From Eledone cirrhosa (lineage: Eukaryota): 64,000 nt of DNA. A program made the translations under genes and the position numbers. Shown here piece by piece: positions 11,560-22,239 of the stretch. Where the stretch lies: positions 29,946,001 to 30,010,000 of the forward strand of contig OZ024744.1 in assembly GCA_964016885.1 (NCBI GenBank), written 5' to 3'. A model generated the notes under the pieces. That model worked only from the letters and a program-made list of their open reading frames with translations, did not search any database and was not told where the DNA came from. Each line of letters opens with the position of its first letter. Position 1 is the stretch's first letter.

Positions 11560-11846
11560 TGCAGACAGCCAGACATACAGACGGATATTATAAGGGCGCG
11601 ACGTTATAACTATGTATCTTCTAAAAAGACAGACTAATAAAGAGAGAGAGAGATCTCTAGCCGGCGCCTAACACCCCTTTAATAACAGAAAATTGAAAAA
11701 TAAAAGCTGCAGTTAATATCTTTAGACCGCAAGGAATATGTAAATGCAAGTTTGAAGTCGATCGGAGTAGAAATGTGGATTTGTATAGACTTCAAAAATT
11801 AGGACACACACACACAGACAATTTCAGTTTTATATATATGTATAGA
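11560..11846 (-). mobile_element. Additional Helitron/Helentron-type terminal fragments
   Basis: Second A|TCTATACATATATATAAAA 5' terminus at 11846 next to a (CA)/CAGACA tract; a GACA-repeat segment at 11560-11640. Confidence 0.5.
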
Positions 11847-11849
11847 TGG

Positions 11850-12999
11850 AGATATCCAAATTCAGAGAACTCTCTGAGCAAACTGAGGATGTTCAAACGG
11901 AGTGGAAACTGCTCGTGTCGGCAGTTTCTGCTTCACCTGTTAAATGTTGTGGGCGAAAGCGATTTGATGCGGCGCCGGGTAGCAGAAGGACTCTTTGGTT
12001 CAATCAAGAGGTCAAAAATGCCATCCGAGCAAAGAAGGAGCCTTTCAAAATTTGGCTTGGAAATAAGTCCTTCTTCTTGCACTTGCGGTACAAGCAGGCA
12101 CGAAAAATGGCAGCAGAGACAGTAAAAGCGTCCAAAGTTCAGACATTGGCGGACTTTGGGATTAAGCTGGAATCCGACTTCAGATCAGCAAATAAAGTGT
12201 TCTGGCAGACCATTCGTTGACTTCGTAATAAGAAGTCTACACTCCACACCTGCTAACAAGAACGCGGCTGGGCTTCTCTCTTCAGAGAGGTTCGTCATCA
12301 CGAGGTGGAGAGAATACTTTGCTGATCTCCTAAACCCGATCATGCCATTTGATATACATAAGGTACATCTATGTAATTGCAGAGGTCACTAGGACATTTA
12401 AAGAGATGAAATGTAGCTAGACCACTGGGAAGGAAGAAATTCAGTTCGAGATGTTAAAAGCCATAAATAGAGAAATTATTCTCTGGAAGACTCGTGTGTG
12501 CCGTGTCGCCTGGATTTCTGGATAGACACCTAAGCAATGGCAATCGGGAGTGATAATCCCAATTTTCAAAAACGGATAGAGTGCGTACCTCGGAGAGCAG
12601 AGAGTCACTCCAGGTAGAACCGCTACTTCTCCGAATTGAGAGATCACAGCTCTGATACTATGGCCATGTGATTAGAATGTCTCAGGAAAGAATCGCTGGA
12701 CAGATTTTACGGACAAAACCAATATGTAGGAGACCCAGGCTAAACCACGAGCAAGATTGTTGGATAACATCAATGAGTTTGGCTGGTCACGTTTGGGTAT
12801 CCCGCCGGATTAGTTGGAGACAGTTTTGACAAGATCTGCTGAAAGGAGTGTTTGAGGGCTCTGTCCCCTCACCCTCTCAAGAAGAAGAAGAAGAAGAAGA
12901 AGAAGAAGAAGAAGAAGAAGAAGAAGAAGAAGAAGAAGAAGAAGAAGAAGAAGAAGAAGAAGAAGAAGAAGAAGAAGAAGAAGAAGAAGAAGAAGAAGA
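11850..12999 (+). mobile_element. Decayed, internally deleted RTE (Expander/Rex3-like) LINE with (GAA)n tail
   Basis: RTLWFNQEVKNAIRAKK..RYKQARK..DFRSANKVFWQTIR; RWREYFADLLNP; QWQSGVIIPIFK; then a jump to RIERSQL*YYGHVIRM. (GAA)n at ~12879-12999. Confidence 0.85.
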
Positions 13000-13244
13000 G
13001 TTTTTGCGTAGCTTTACAGTAGCAAAAAACACACCAAAGTTGCTCCAATAAAAAAGGGAAAACGTGTAAGGCGACCAAATAAACGCATCTAATCTCCTTG
13101 TTGCATCCCGTTGTGCAATGTAATTTCGTACATAAACATATGGTTCCATAATACTGAGCTCAGATTGCACGACCACGCGCACTACAAAACAAAAGTTAAA
13201 ATGGAGTACAAGCTTAAGTCTAGAAAGAACAGGAGACACAAAGT

Positions 13245-13445
13245 AGCCATTGAGGAGGTCTCAAAATGTGTGACGGAAGAACTTTAACTAGCGAATGAAA
13301 ATAACGAATAATAAAGATAAAGGGAAAAATCATATGGTGCATGTGTTTCTTTTTATTGGTAATACTGGCAAAATGGCCACCTAGAAATATAACCATATCG
13401 GTTTCAAGACTTGACTTCACATCAAGAATATTGCTGAACAAATAC
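13245..13445 (+). mobile_element. Family A diverged copy (hammerhead core decayed)
   Basis: TTGAGGAGGTCTCAAAATGTGTGACGGAAGAACTTTAAC and GGTGCATGTGTTTCTT..TATAACCATATCGGTTTCAA align with 611-810 and 15011-15250. Confidence 0.7.
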
Positions 13446-13909
13446 ATAACAAATACATAATAAAAAAAATAAAAAAAATATATATATATAGAAACGATCG
13501 TAAAATGATGAATTTTTTAATATAAGGAACTGTTTCTTTGTTTTTATTCATTATTTTTATTAATTTATCTTGACTCTGTTTTCCTGTATTTTTCATCGGA
13601 AAAAAAAAAAAAGTTTTTGAATACATCTTCTCTTTTCATGATATTCGGATTATATTGAGTTCTTGCAAGGTTCTGCGGGTGGACTACACTTACAAAGATC
13701 ATTGATTTGGGGATCTGAATCTTCATGTAGAATATTCAGTTGTGGCACTCTATGATAGAAGGTAATCATCCTAATATGAACACCTTTAGTACATCTTGAT
13801 AGACTACACTGTAATTTATAGATAAGATACTTAAATTTAGAAACTGTTTATAACCTTATATGATAGGGACTCATTTGAGACACCATTTAATGTACATTAG
13901 GATAATAAA

Positions 13910-14865
13910 TTTAGTTATAGAAATCAGCTAGTTACCTCCCCTTACGCATAACTCCTCTTAATCACACACACACTTCCGGAAAATAATACGATGTCAATTC
14001 TCGCAACAAAAACAACCTGCTCTATAGAATTGAATTAGAGATCAACAAGCTGTGGTGTTCTAACATGGTTCATCAAGCATCCAATGTTGAATCATCGTGG
14101 ATTGTGTGAGGGACATATAGTCTATAAATTGCGTTTTCTGGATTGTGAAAATGGTGGTGTATGCGTGGACCGTGGCGTTGTTTTGCTTCTCATTTTTAAT
14201 ATTTTTGATATTTCTCTACACACAGGCTTCTATATCATACATATATAAAAAATACTTTACCAATACAACCCCCATAATACTCTTGATTGCCCGCTTAAAC
14301 TGCTTGTATTACATAAAACACCCTGCCACACTTTAATCTTATATAAATAAGACACACGTGCATGCCCCACGTGTAACTATTGCATACACTAACTACTTCA
14401 AACTATCCTCTTGCTTTATCTTCGTAAACTGCCAATATTGTATTTTAACTTTAATTTTGTCCTTTAATATGACTTTAATCTTTGTATGTAAATTGCCATG
14501 CTATATTATTATAATGGATGTCAACACACTGTGCATCGATATATACATATGTTTCTATATGTCTCTTGTGTTGGAAAGGAGGTCAAGTATGTAAAAAATC
14601 ATTGAAAAATTGCTCCGAAGACTCCAAACCTCGGTTTGGAAGAAACAATTGTAAGCGAATAAATGGTTTAAACAGAACTTTGATTCATGTAATTTCTATA
14701 TAACTGCTCTGTAAAACAACTGATGTTGTTACATTGAGCTATTTATTTTACTGGTAATAAGGTAGTAATAAATTACTGTCTTTCACTGTTTAGGGTTTAA
14801 AATAAAATATATATAACTATAAAAGGTTTTAGTATATACATAACCATAAATAGTATCCTTAATAC

Positions 14866-14868
<3 letters not shown>
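13910..14868 (+). mobile_element. ~960-bp non-coding element, family B copy 1 (hammerhead-bearing)
   Basis: Near-identical direct copy at 18330-19283 (offset 4420); ends in a microsatellite. Confidence 0.9.
14610..14658 (+). ncRNA. Putative variant hammerhead ribozyme (CCGAAGA core)
   Basis: TTGCT-CCGAAGA-cTCCAAACC(tc)GGTTTGGAa-GAAA-CAATTG-TA-AGCGA. 5-bp stem I, ~7-8-bp stem II with a C.A closing mismatch, palindromic ACAATTGT stem III, GUA triplet. Confidence 0.6.
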
Positions 14869-14951
<83 letters not shown>

Positions 14952-14977
14952 CGTGTGTGTATATATATATATATATT

Positions 14978-15010
<33 letters not shown>
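14866..15010. repeat. (CA)n(TA)n compound microsatellite
   Basis: Direct reading. Confidence 0.95.
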
Positions 15011-15012
<2 letters not shown>

Positions 15013-15250
15013 CGTTTCTGAATTTGTTTAGCAAGATTCTTTATCTGAAAACCTGTGTTGAAACCGATATTGTTATACTTTGGGAGGGTCATGTTGCCAA
15101 TAAGAAACACACGCACCAGTTGCTTTCACTTCAATTTATTATACATTTCCGGCTGGTTGGTTGGTTACACAACCGGATGGTTGTACATATATTGTCAAAG
15201 TTCTTTTGTCACGCATTCTGTGACCTCTTCAGTGACTGGGGATTCTTTAC
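15011..15250 (-). mobile_element. Family A copy (hammerhead at 15194-15236 with GAAA changed to AAAA)
   Basis: Reverse complement of 601-810 plus an extra ~55-bp 3' extension. Confidence 0.85.
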
Positions 15251-15819
15251 TTTGTTTTGTGCCTCTCCTTTGTTCTGTCCTACACCATCTTGTTTTTGTG
15301 TGCTTAGTTTGCGCATGTGTTACATCCGGGTGTCTGTGTGTGTTTTTATTTGTTTATTTATTTGTTTATTTATTTGTTTATCTACATGTTACTAGTTAGT
15401 TGTTTGTTCTATGTGTGTGTGTTTTCATTTTGTCCTTAATTGTAAGTTGTGATGTTGCTATTCCATTCATGTTTTCTATTTAATTTTGGTTGGAGTTCAT
15501 TTATGTTTATTGCCTTCTAAAGAAGGGCCCTGGATAAACTTTAGAAGTGCCCTAGATAAACTTAAACCTAATATACGAAAAGGAGTGTCAATAATTTTAG
15601 ATAAAGAAAGATAGATCAACCAAGCAGTCCAACAGTTGACACTAACGATGTTTGGGGGCTTTCTTTTACTTTGATATTTTTGATGAAGAATAATTTTAGA
15701 TATAGGTATAATTACATTTTGAAGGTGTCTTACATTTATTAACCTCAGGTAAACATAGTCTTGGTCAGGATGGAGAGTAATTTCAGAGGTAGTTATAATT
15801 ACATCTTGAGGACAAAACA

Positions 15820-15901
15820 CAGAGATGGGGGAGAGAAAGAGAGGGAGAGAGAGAGATAGATAGAGAGAGAGGAAGAGAGGGAGATAGATATATATATATA
15901 T

Positions 15902-15996
<95 letters not shown>
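15820..15996. repeat. (GA)n/(GATA)n microsatellite
   Basis: Direct reading. Confidence 0.95.
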
Positions 15997-15999
<3 letters not shown>

Positions 16000-16109
16000 G
16001 CGTTGATTGCCAAATGAATTAACTATGGAGATATAAAAGACACAGAAGCGAAAACCAACCAAACAGTGAGTGTGTTCTGTTATTATTTATGACAATATTA
16101 TTACAATCG

Positions 16110-16289
16110 GTGGATTGGCAGTATCGGTAGAGGGTCGGAAGCCATGCTTTCCAGCATAGTTACGTCCCTTTACGATTTGAGTTCAAATCCCGCCGAGGTT
16201 GACTTTGCCTTTCATCTTTACGGGGTCGATAAAATAAAGTACCAGTAATGCACTGGGTAATTGCTGGCCTTGTGCCTAAAGTAGAAACA
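16110..16289 (+). mobile_element. Full-length SINE with 11-bp TSD, inserted in a family A remnant
   Basis: TSD ATTATTACAAT at 16097-16107 and 16290-16300; A-box-like TGGCAGTATCGG and B-box-like GAGTTCAAATCC. Confidence 0.9.
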
Positions 16290-16344
16290 ATTATTACAAT
16301 ATGACCCTTCCCAAGTATAACAATATATATATATATATATATAT

Positions 16345-16820
16345 AAACACCAAATAATCAATATACTATTAGAATAACATATATTCCAACCGACAGAGCT
16401 TCATCCCAAGGATGTGAACTTACAAACGCAGAAATGAAAAAAGTTTTTAAGAGCATATTTTACAAAAAACTTATCCAAATCTACTTTTGGATTTATACTG
16501 CAACCATACTCAAAATCGGCATCATCAGAGTTTATTATCAACTTAGATATAGATCGATTATAGAGATTGTGACAACAACAATATATACAGAAAGAATTTC
16601 ACATAATGAGTCAAAGGAAGTCCTAAATTATTAAGGTATACCTCACTGGGAGACCAGGTTGCAGTGTAAAAACATAAGGAAATTTAGATAATAATTTTTG
16701 GGAAAAAAACTTTCTTAAAGAATTTTCAAAATTCATGATTTTGTAAGTTCACATCCTCAGGATGAAGCTCTACTGGCTGAAACATGTGTTACTTCAATAG
16801 TATATTGATTCTTTGGTGTT
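16345..16820. mobile_element. ~480-bp element bounded by ~80-bp imperfect inverted repeats (MITE-like or inverted Penelope terminal repeat)
   Basis: AAACACCAAATAATCAATATACTATT...AGGATGTGAACTTACAA (16345-16425) versus TTGTAAGTTCACATCCT...AATAGTATATTGATTCTTTGGTGTTT (16741-16821). Confidence 0.75.
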
Positions 16821-16923
16821 TCTTAATCTTTATATATCAGCTCTATGTGAACCCCATTGCATTGAGCTTTAAACCCTCTGATAAAGTGTATACCCAATAA
16901 TAGCAACACTGTTATTACAAATA

Positions 16924-16939
16924 ATATATATATATATAT

Positions 16940-17012
<73 letters not shown>
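16924..17012. repeat. (TA)n(GA)n microsatellite
   Basis: Direct reading. Confidence 0.95.
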
Positions 17013-17016
<4 letters not shown>

Positions 17017-17114
17017 GTGAAGTTGGAAATAGCATGGAAAATATATTTAAGGGTCTGTTTTTCTTTTTTGATTCGTCAAAGTGACATTATTGAAAAGATA
17101 ACATTATTGAAAAA

Positions 17115-17295
17115 GTGGATTGGCAGTATCGGTAGAGGGCCGGACGCCATGCTTTCCAGCATAGTTACGTCCCTTTACGATCTGAGTTCAAATCCCGCCG
17201 AGGTTGACTTTGCCTTTCATCCTTACGGGGTCGATAAAATAAAGTACCAGTAATGCACTGGGTAATTGCTGGCCTTGTGCCTAAAAGTAGAAACA
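17115..17295 (+). mobile_element. Full-length SINE with 12-bp TSD
   Basis: TSD ATTATTGAAAAA at 17103-17114 and 17296-17307; highly similar to the 16110 copy. Confidence 0.92.
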
Positions 17296-17340
17296 ATTAT
17301 TGAAAAAATTAGAGGGATAAAGTATATAAAGTAAATAAAG

Positions 17341-17386
17341 TATTACCGGTTTCGATGTATTGTTAAAATCCATCTTATCAAATGTT
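17341..17386 (-). ncRNA. Decayed hammerhead-like motif (Penelope-type)
   Basis: Minus strand: CAT-TTGATAA-GATG(loop)CATC-GAAA-CCGG-TA-AT. Palindromic ACCGGT stem III; core has two substitutions versus CTGATGA. Confidence 0.45.
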
Positions 17387-17554
17387 AAGTATTGAAATAA
17401 AAATTAAAAAGAATTAATAGGAGTTAAAAACTAATGATTTAAAATTAAAATCAAATGTTGGAGTAAGTTTTCTTCCATCTTTCTTGATCAAAATTTGGTG
17501 GTAAGAGAAGATACCAGTAGTTGTGTTTCTTCACAGCCTGTATATATAATTAAG

Positions 17555-17745
17555 TAATAAACAAATCAATACAATTATTCTATTAACCAAAGGTTTCACG
17601 AAGAAAGGCGACCTCAACAGAGGCGTCCGAAGTCGTTCATCAGAAAGGAAAGTAAACGACTTCGGACGCCTCTGTTGAGGTCGCCTGTCGCCTGTCTTCG
17701 TGAAACCTTTAGTAAATGGCCTAATTGTATTGTGTTGTTTATTAT
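17555..17745. repeat. Long inverted repeat (near-perfect ~49-bp core, diverged outer arms) overlapping a hammerhead-like motif
   Basis: AAAGGTTTCACGAAGA.AGGCGACCTCAACAGAGGCGTCCGAAGTCGTT versus AACGACTTCGGACGCCTCTGTTGAGGTCGCCT..TCTTCGTGAAACCTTT. Confidence 0.9.
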
Positions 17746-17829
17746 ATAATTAAATAGCTCTGTACTCTACATAGAGCACTCTTCCTTCCTTTACCTTTTC
17801 TACGGAAATACTTCATATATATATATATA

Positions 17830-18294
17830 CCTTCGTAAAGACCTGAAAACCCACCTCTTCATTGCTGTAGCGGTGTCTGTGCTGCTGTACGGGTCTGAGA
17901 CTTGGACACTGACCAAGAAACTCACTCAGATGGTGGATGGGTGCTACACGAGAATGCTGAGGATGGCTCTGAACATTAATCAGTATACACTGAGGATGAA
18001 GAGCTCAGAGCTGTATGTCAGTCTCCCAAAAGTCAGCGCGAAAGTGACACAGAGGAGACTGAGGTAAGTTGGACATGCTCACCGACATCCAGAGTTGGCA
18101 TTGCACTCAGTGCTCCTGTGGGAGTTGCTACATGGACACACTGCGAGAGGAAGACCAAGGTAACGTATGTTGATGCCCTAAGGACAGACACTGGTCTGTT
18201 GGAGACGCAGAACATGGCGGTGATGATGAAGGACAGAGACCGCTGGAGAGAACTCGTCCATGGATCTCTGGAATTTTACCTGCCCTAGAAAAAA

Positions 18295-18312
<18 letters not shown>
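17830..18312 (+). mobile_element. RTE-like LINE 3' fragment with poly(A) tail
   Basis: LRKDLKTHLFIAVAVSVLLYGSETWTLTK..DGCYTRMLRMALN..QRRLR..GHAHRHPE..MKDRDRWRELV; A-run at 18288-18312. Confidence 0.85.
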
Positions 18313-18328
<16 letters not shown>

Positions 18329-18329
18329 T

Positions 18330-19283
18330 TTTAGTTATAGAAATCAGCTAGTTACCCCCCCTTACGCATAACTCCCCTTGATCACACACACACTTCCGGA
18401 AAATAATACGATGTCAATTTTCGCAACAAAAACAACCTGCTCTATAGAATTGAATTAGAGATCAACAAGCTGTGGTGTTCTAACAAGGTTCATCAAGCAT
18501 CCAATGTTGAATCATCGTGGATTGTGTGAGGGACATATAGTCTATAAATTGCGTTTTCTGGATTGTGAAAATGGTGGTGTATGCGTGGACCGTGGCGTTG
18601 TTTTGCTTCTCATTTTTAATATTTTTGATATTTCTCTACACACAGGCTTCTATATCATACATATATAAAAAATACTTTACCAATACAACCCCCATAATAC
18701 TCTTGATTGCCCGCTTAAACTGCTTGTATTACATAAAACACCCTGCCACACTTTAATCTTATATAAATAAGACACACGTGCATGCCCCACGTGTAACTAT
18801 TGCATACACTAACTACTTCAAACTATCCTCTTGCTTTATCTTCGTAAACTGCCAATATTGTATTTTAACTTTAATTTTGTCCTTTAATATGACTTTAATC
18901 TTTGTATGTAAATTGCCATGCTATATTATTATAATGGATGTCAATACACTGTGCATCGATATATACATATGTTTCTATATGTCTCTTGTGTTGGAAAGGA
19001 GGTCAAGTATGTAAAAAATCATTGAAAAATTGCTCCGAAGACTCCAAACCTCGGTTTGGAAGAAACAATTGTAAGCGAATAAATGGTTTAAACAGAACTT
19101 TGATTCATGTAATTTCTATATAACTGCTCTGTAGAACAACTGATGTTGTTACATTGAGCTATTTATCTTACTGGTAATAAGGTAGTAATAAATTACTGTC
19201 TTTCACTGTTTAGGGTTTAAAATATATATAACTATAAAAGGTTTTAGTATATACATAAACATAAATAGTATCCTTAATACTAT
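18330..19283 (+). mobile_element. Family B copy 2 (hammerhead variant at 19030-19078)
   Basis: Near-identical to 13910-14868; flanked by (TA)n on both sides. Confidence 0.9.
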
Positions 19284-19305
19284 ATATATATATATATATA
19301 TATAT

Positions 19306-19860
19306 CCAGGGAGTGTAACGTGGTGTTACTGTAGGTTCACCTGGGTGAGCACTCGATGTTTAGTTCACGTCAGTATCGAGGTGTAGAGCCAGACAGAGTG
19401 TAATATAATAATACAAGGACAAATGGTTACTCCTTCATTACGTTCATTGGTTGGTGATGCACGTTTCGCCATTGATCAGCTCCAGGTTCGATCTGTATCG
19501 ATCTAGCCCGACTCAAAAGCTCGTCGGACCTCTGTTGTAGTAATGACAGAATCAGTATAAAAAGTCTAACGTTCATATGTTGGTCTGTTTAAGTTGTTTT
19601 GATTGGTGGATTAGTTTCGAGGAGTGTTTTCGCCTGTAATGTGGGTGGGAGTAGTGACGAGTTAGGGTGGGGAGCAAAAGTTGATGTGAGTAGCGGGGTG
19701 TGGCGTTTTGACTGTCCTTAGACATGTTTGCGTGTTGAGATGTTATGTGAGGTGTGGAGGAGGTGGTGGTGCGGTGTATGGTATGAGATGAAGATTGTGG
19801 TGTTTTACTGGTAGGGGTAGGATGTTGTAAGGCATCGTTAAGGGGTCATGCGCTATAAGG
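19306..19860 (-). mobile_element. Penelope-terminal-repeat-like remnant with decayed hammerhead (19453-19530)
   Basis: Minus strand: C-rich tract, CCAATCA, TTTATA, then GGT-CCGACGA-GC...GC-GAAA-CGTGCA-TC-ACC; ends in (TA)n. Confidence 0.5.
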
Positions 19861-19973
19861 AATTACTGAGCTGATAGGATAGTACACATGAAAGATGTAT
19901 ATACACAAAGAAGAAAATTATAAAAAAAAATTATGAAAAATATATATACAAAAGTATATACATATGGAATTAA

Positions 19974-20007
<34 letters not shown>

Positions 20008-20025
20008 ATATATCTATATATATTT

Positions 20026-20035
20026 TCTCGCGAGA
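20026..20035. promoter_or_regulatory. TCTCGCGAGA palindrome (CGCG/BANP-type promoter element) at the start of a CpG-richer unique stretch
   Basis: Exact motif match; function not demonstrable from sequence. Confidence 0.3.
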
Positions 20036-20872
20036 CAGTTCTTTCGTTGCTATGGACCCCGCGGCTGAATTAACGGTCGATATCTTCAATTTGCAAAGCC
20101 TTTTAAACTGTATGTTATTACTCTGAGGTTTTATACCTTTTCGAGTGCTTGGCTGCACTTCTGAATGCATTCGTCGGCTTAGCTGCGGCTCGAGCTTCGA
20201 ATATGCTGTACCTCCATTTGTATTACTATCTCCTAGACCTAATGACCCAATTTTATTGATTGGTTAATTATTTATGTTTGTTTAATAACGGTCTGGTTGA
20301 GTGCTTAATTCAGTTTGTGTACGGAACTTATTCCATTCCTCATAATTTGAATTTGACCGCCATAAACCGGGTGTTAGCTCCCTTTGGAGAAACATGTGTC
20401 CTCACAACCGGACTGGCGTCAGAACGGAAGCCTGTTGAGAAATTAAATCCACCGTTCGATCTTTCAGAACCTTAACTTGCATACACCGTAAGCGGATTTT
20501 GTGGATTTCGGATTTACAGAAACCTAGCTGAGATATTAAAAAATTTCGAAGTGATGGTCCAGGTTTGTTATATATAAGCATTTTCCCTTACATAGGACAT
20601 ATAGTCCCACAGCCAGCAAATATATTGCTTTCAGCCAGCTAGTGCAGGATCGAATGGGGCCGTAAACGTGACCTACACGTGAACTGGTCGTTAGTAGAAG
20701 CAGGAGTAGCATAGACATGTTGTCTGCCACACCACTAAAAATAGCAGCTAGGTAAACAACGGATTTTTTCTCTACACATGGGAGTATTTACATAAAATGA
20801 GATATTAATCTTATTTTATGCAGCAGCATCTTCATCATCATCGTCGTCATCATCGTTGTCGTCGTCGTCGGT

Positions 20873-21490
20873 CGGTGGAATTATAGAATCTGTAGAGCGA
20901 CAGATTAAATGTCTTGCGTTATTTAGTTAGTTATCTCCCTTCCGTCTAGAAATCATATCTCTTCTGCCCAACTTGACTCTGCATTTTCGTCCTTCTACGA
21001 TCGTTAAAATAAATACTTTTCTATTGCTGTGGTGAGGCAGGGATCTATTTAATTGGCTCCAAGATCCCGATAATATAAGGTTTTGTGTTTTTGTTAGAAA
21101 TATGTTATTTTAAGAAGGTAAAAAGGGCGGAGAATAGCAGAATCGGCAGAATACCGGAAAATGGATTATGGGCTTTACTTATCTCCCATGACGTCGTTAT
21201 TTCAAATCCAACTGGGAGTTTACTTTGTCTTCCATTCGTCTAAGGTTGAGACAGCGAATAAGCATGATTGGCGACATCTCTCTGTTCTCTGAGTTCAAAA
21301 CCTGCTGAGGAAATCCTTTCGAAGTTGATAAATTAAGTACCAGTCTAATACTGAGACCGATTCTTCCTCTATACCTTTTTTTTTATGACCACCCCTCTCC
21401 CCCTCTCTCCCTCTCTCTCTTTCTCTCTCTCTCTTTCTCTGAAATGAATATAACCACCAAAAATTGCTGGCCTTGTGCCAAAATTAGAAC
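20873..21490 (+). mobile_element. Cluster of old, diverged SINE copies
   Basis: GAGTTCAAAACCTGCTGAGG, GATAAATTAAGTACCAG, AAAATTGCTGGCCTTGTGCCAAAATTAGAA and degenerate core matches at ~20970 and ~21220. Confidence 0.6.
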
Positions 21491-21801
21491 CTATAATATA
21501 TTTTTGTTTTGTTTATTTCTTTATGTACTCTTCATTTACAGAAAATATCTTGATATCAGAAAATAGCCTAATAAGGTACGGGAGTGTTGAGGTGCATACT
21601 TAAATTAATTTAGCATGAGAGAATTCTAAAAAGCCTTTATACATTAAAATTGAGATATTTGATGCGCAACGGTAGCAATGACATAATTTATATTATGTTA
21701 TTTATATTATATATGAAATTGAAATATAGTAAAATGAAATATCTGTGGGAGAATTAGTGGACTTGTGTTATTGACATAAATATAATATATTTGATGTATT
21801 G

Positions 21802-21940
21802 ATTTCTAATTTAGGCACAAGAACAGAAATAAACCCTAGTACCTTAATTAACTAGAACTTTATTTTAATGAACCAGGAACGATAAAAGGTAAAGGTGGTC
21901 ACGGTGGGATTTAAACTCAGAATGCAAAAGGTCCAGAACA
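21802..21940 (-). mobile_element. Diverged SINE copy
   Basis: TTTCTAATTTAGGCACAAG...GATAAAAGGTAAAG..CGGTGGGATTTAAACTCAGAA. Confidence 0.65.
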
Positions 21941-22022
21941 AACACAGTGGAACCTCAGTTCACGAACTTAATTCGTTCCTGAAGATTTGTAAACCCAAAA
22001 TATTTTTCCCACACGAAATGTT

Positions 22023-22038
22023 GAGAGAGAAAGAGAGA

Positions 22039-22115
<77 letters not shown>

Positions 22116-22126
22116 AGAGAGAGAGA
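22023..22126. repeat. (GA)n microsatellite
   Basis: Direct reading. Confidence 0.95.
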
Positions 22127-22239
22127 CTATGTGTTAAATACAGATAGATATAACCATAGTAACTAACTACACAGCATGTGACGCTTTCCTGACGATACTC
22201 CCAGCTTGTCGAAGACAATAGACCAGGTGATGTCCAAGT

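Noticed and set aside
14145-14703. Three short ORFs conserved in both family B copies
   Set aside because: Identity reflects recent duplication; AT-rich, no motifs, mostly non-ATG starts.
16110-16200. tRNA gene suggested by A/B-box-like motifs
   Set aside because: No cloverleaf; it is the head of a multi-copy SINE with TSDs.
22186-22225. CTGACGA...GAAG hammerhead-like string
   Set aside because: No GAAA box and no convincing stems.
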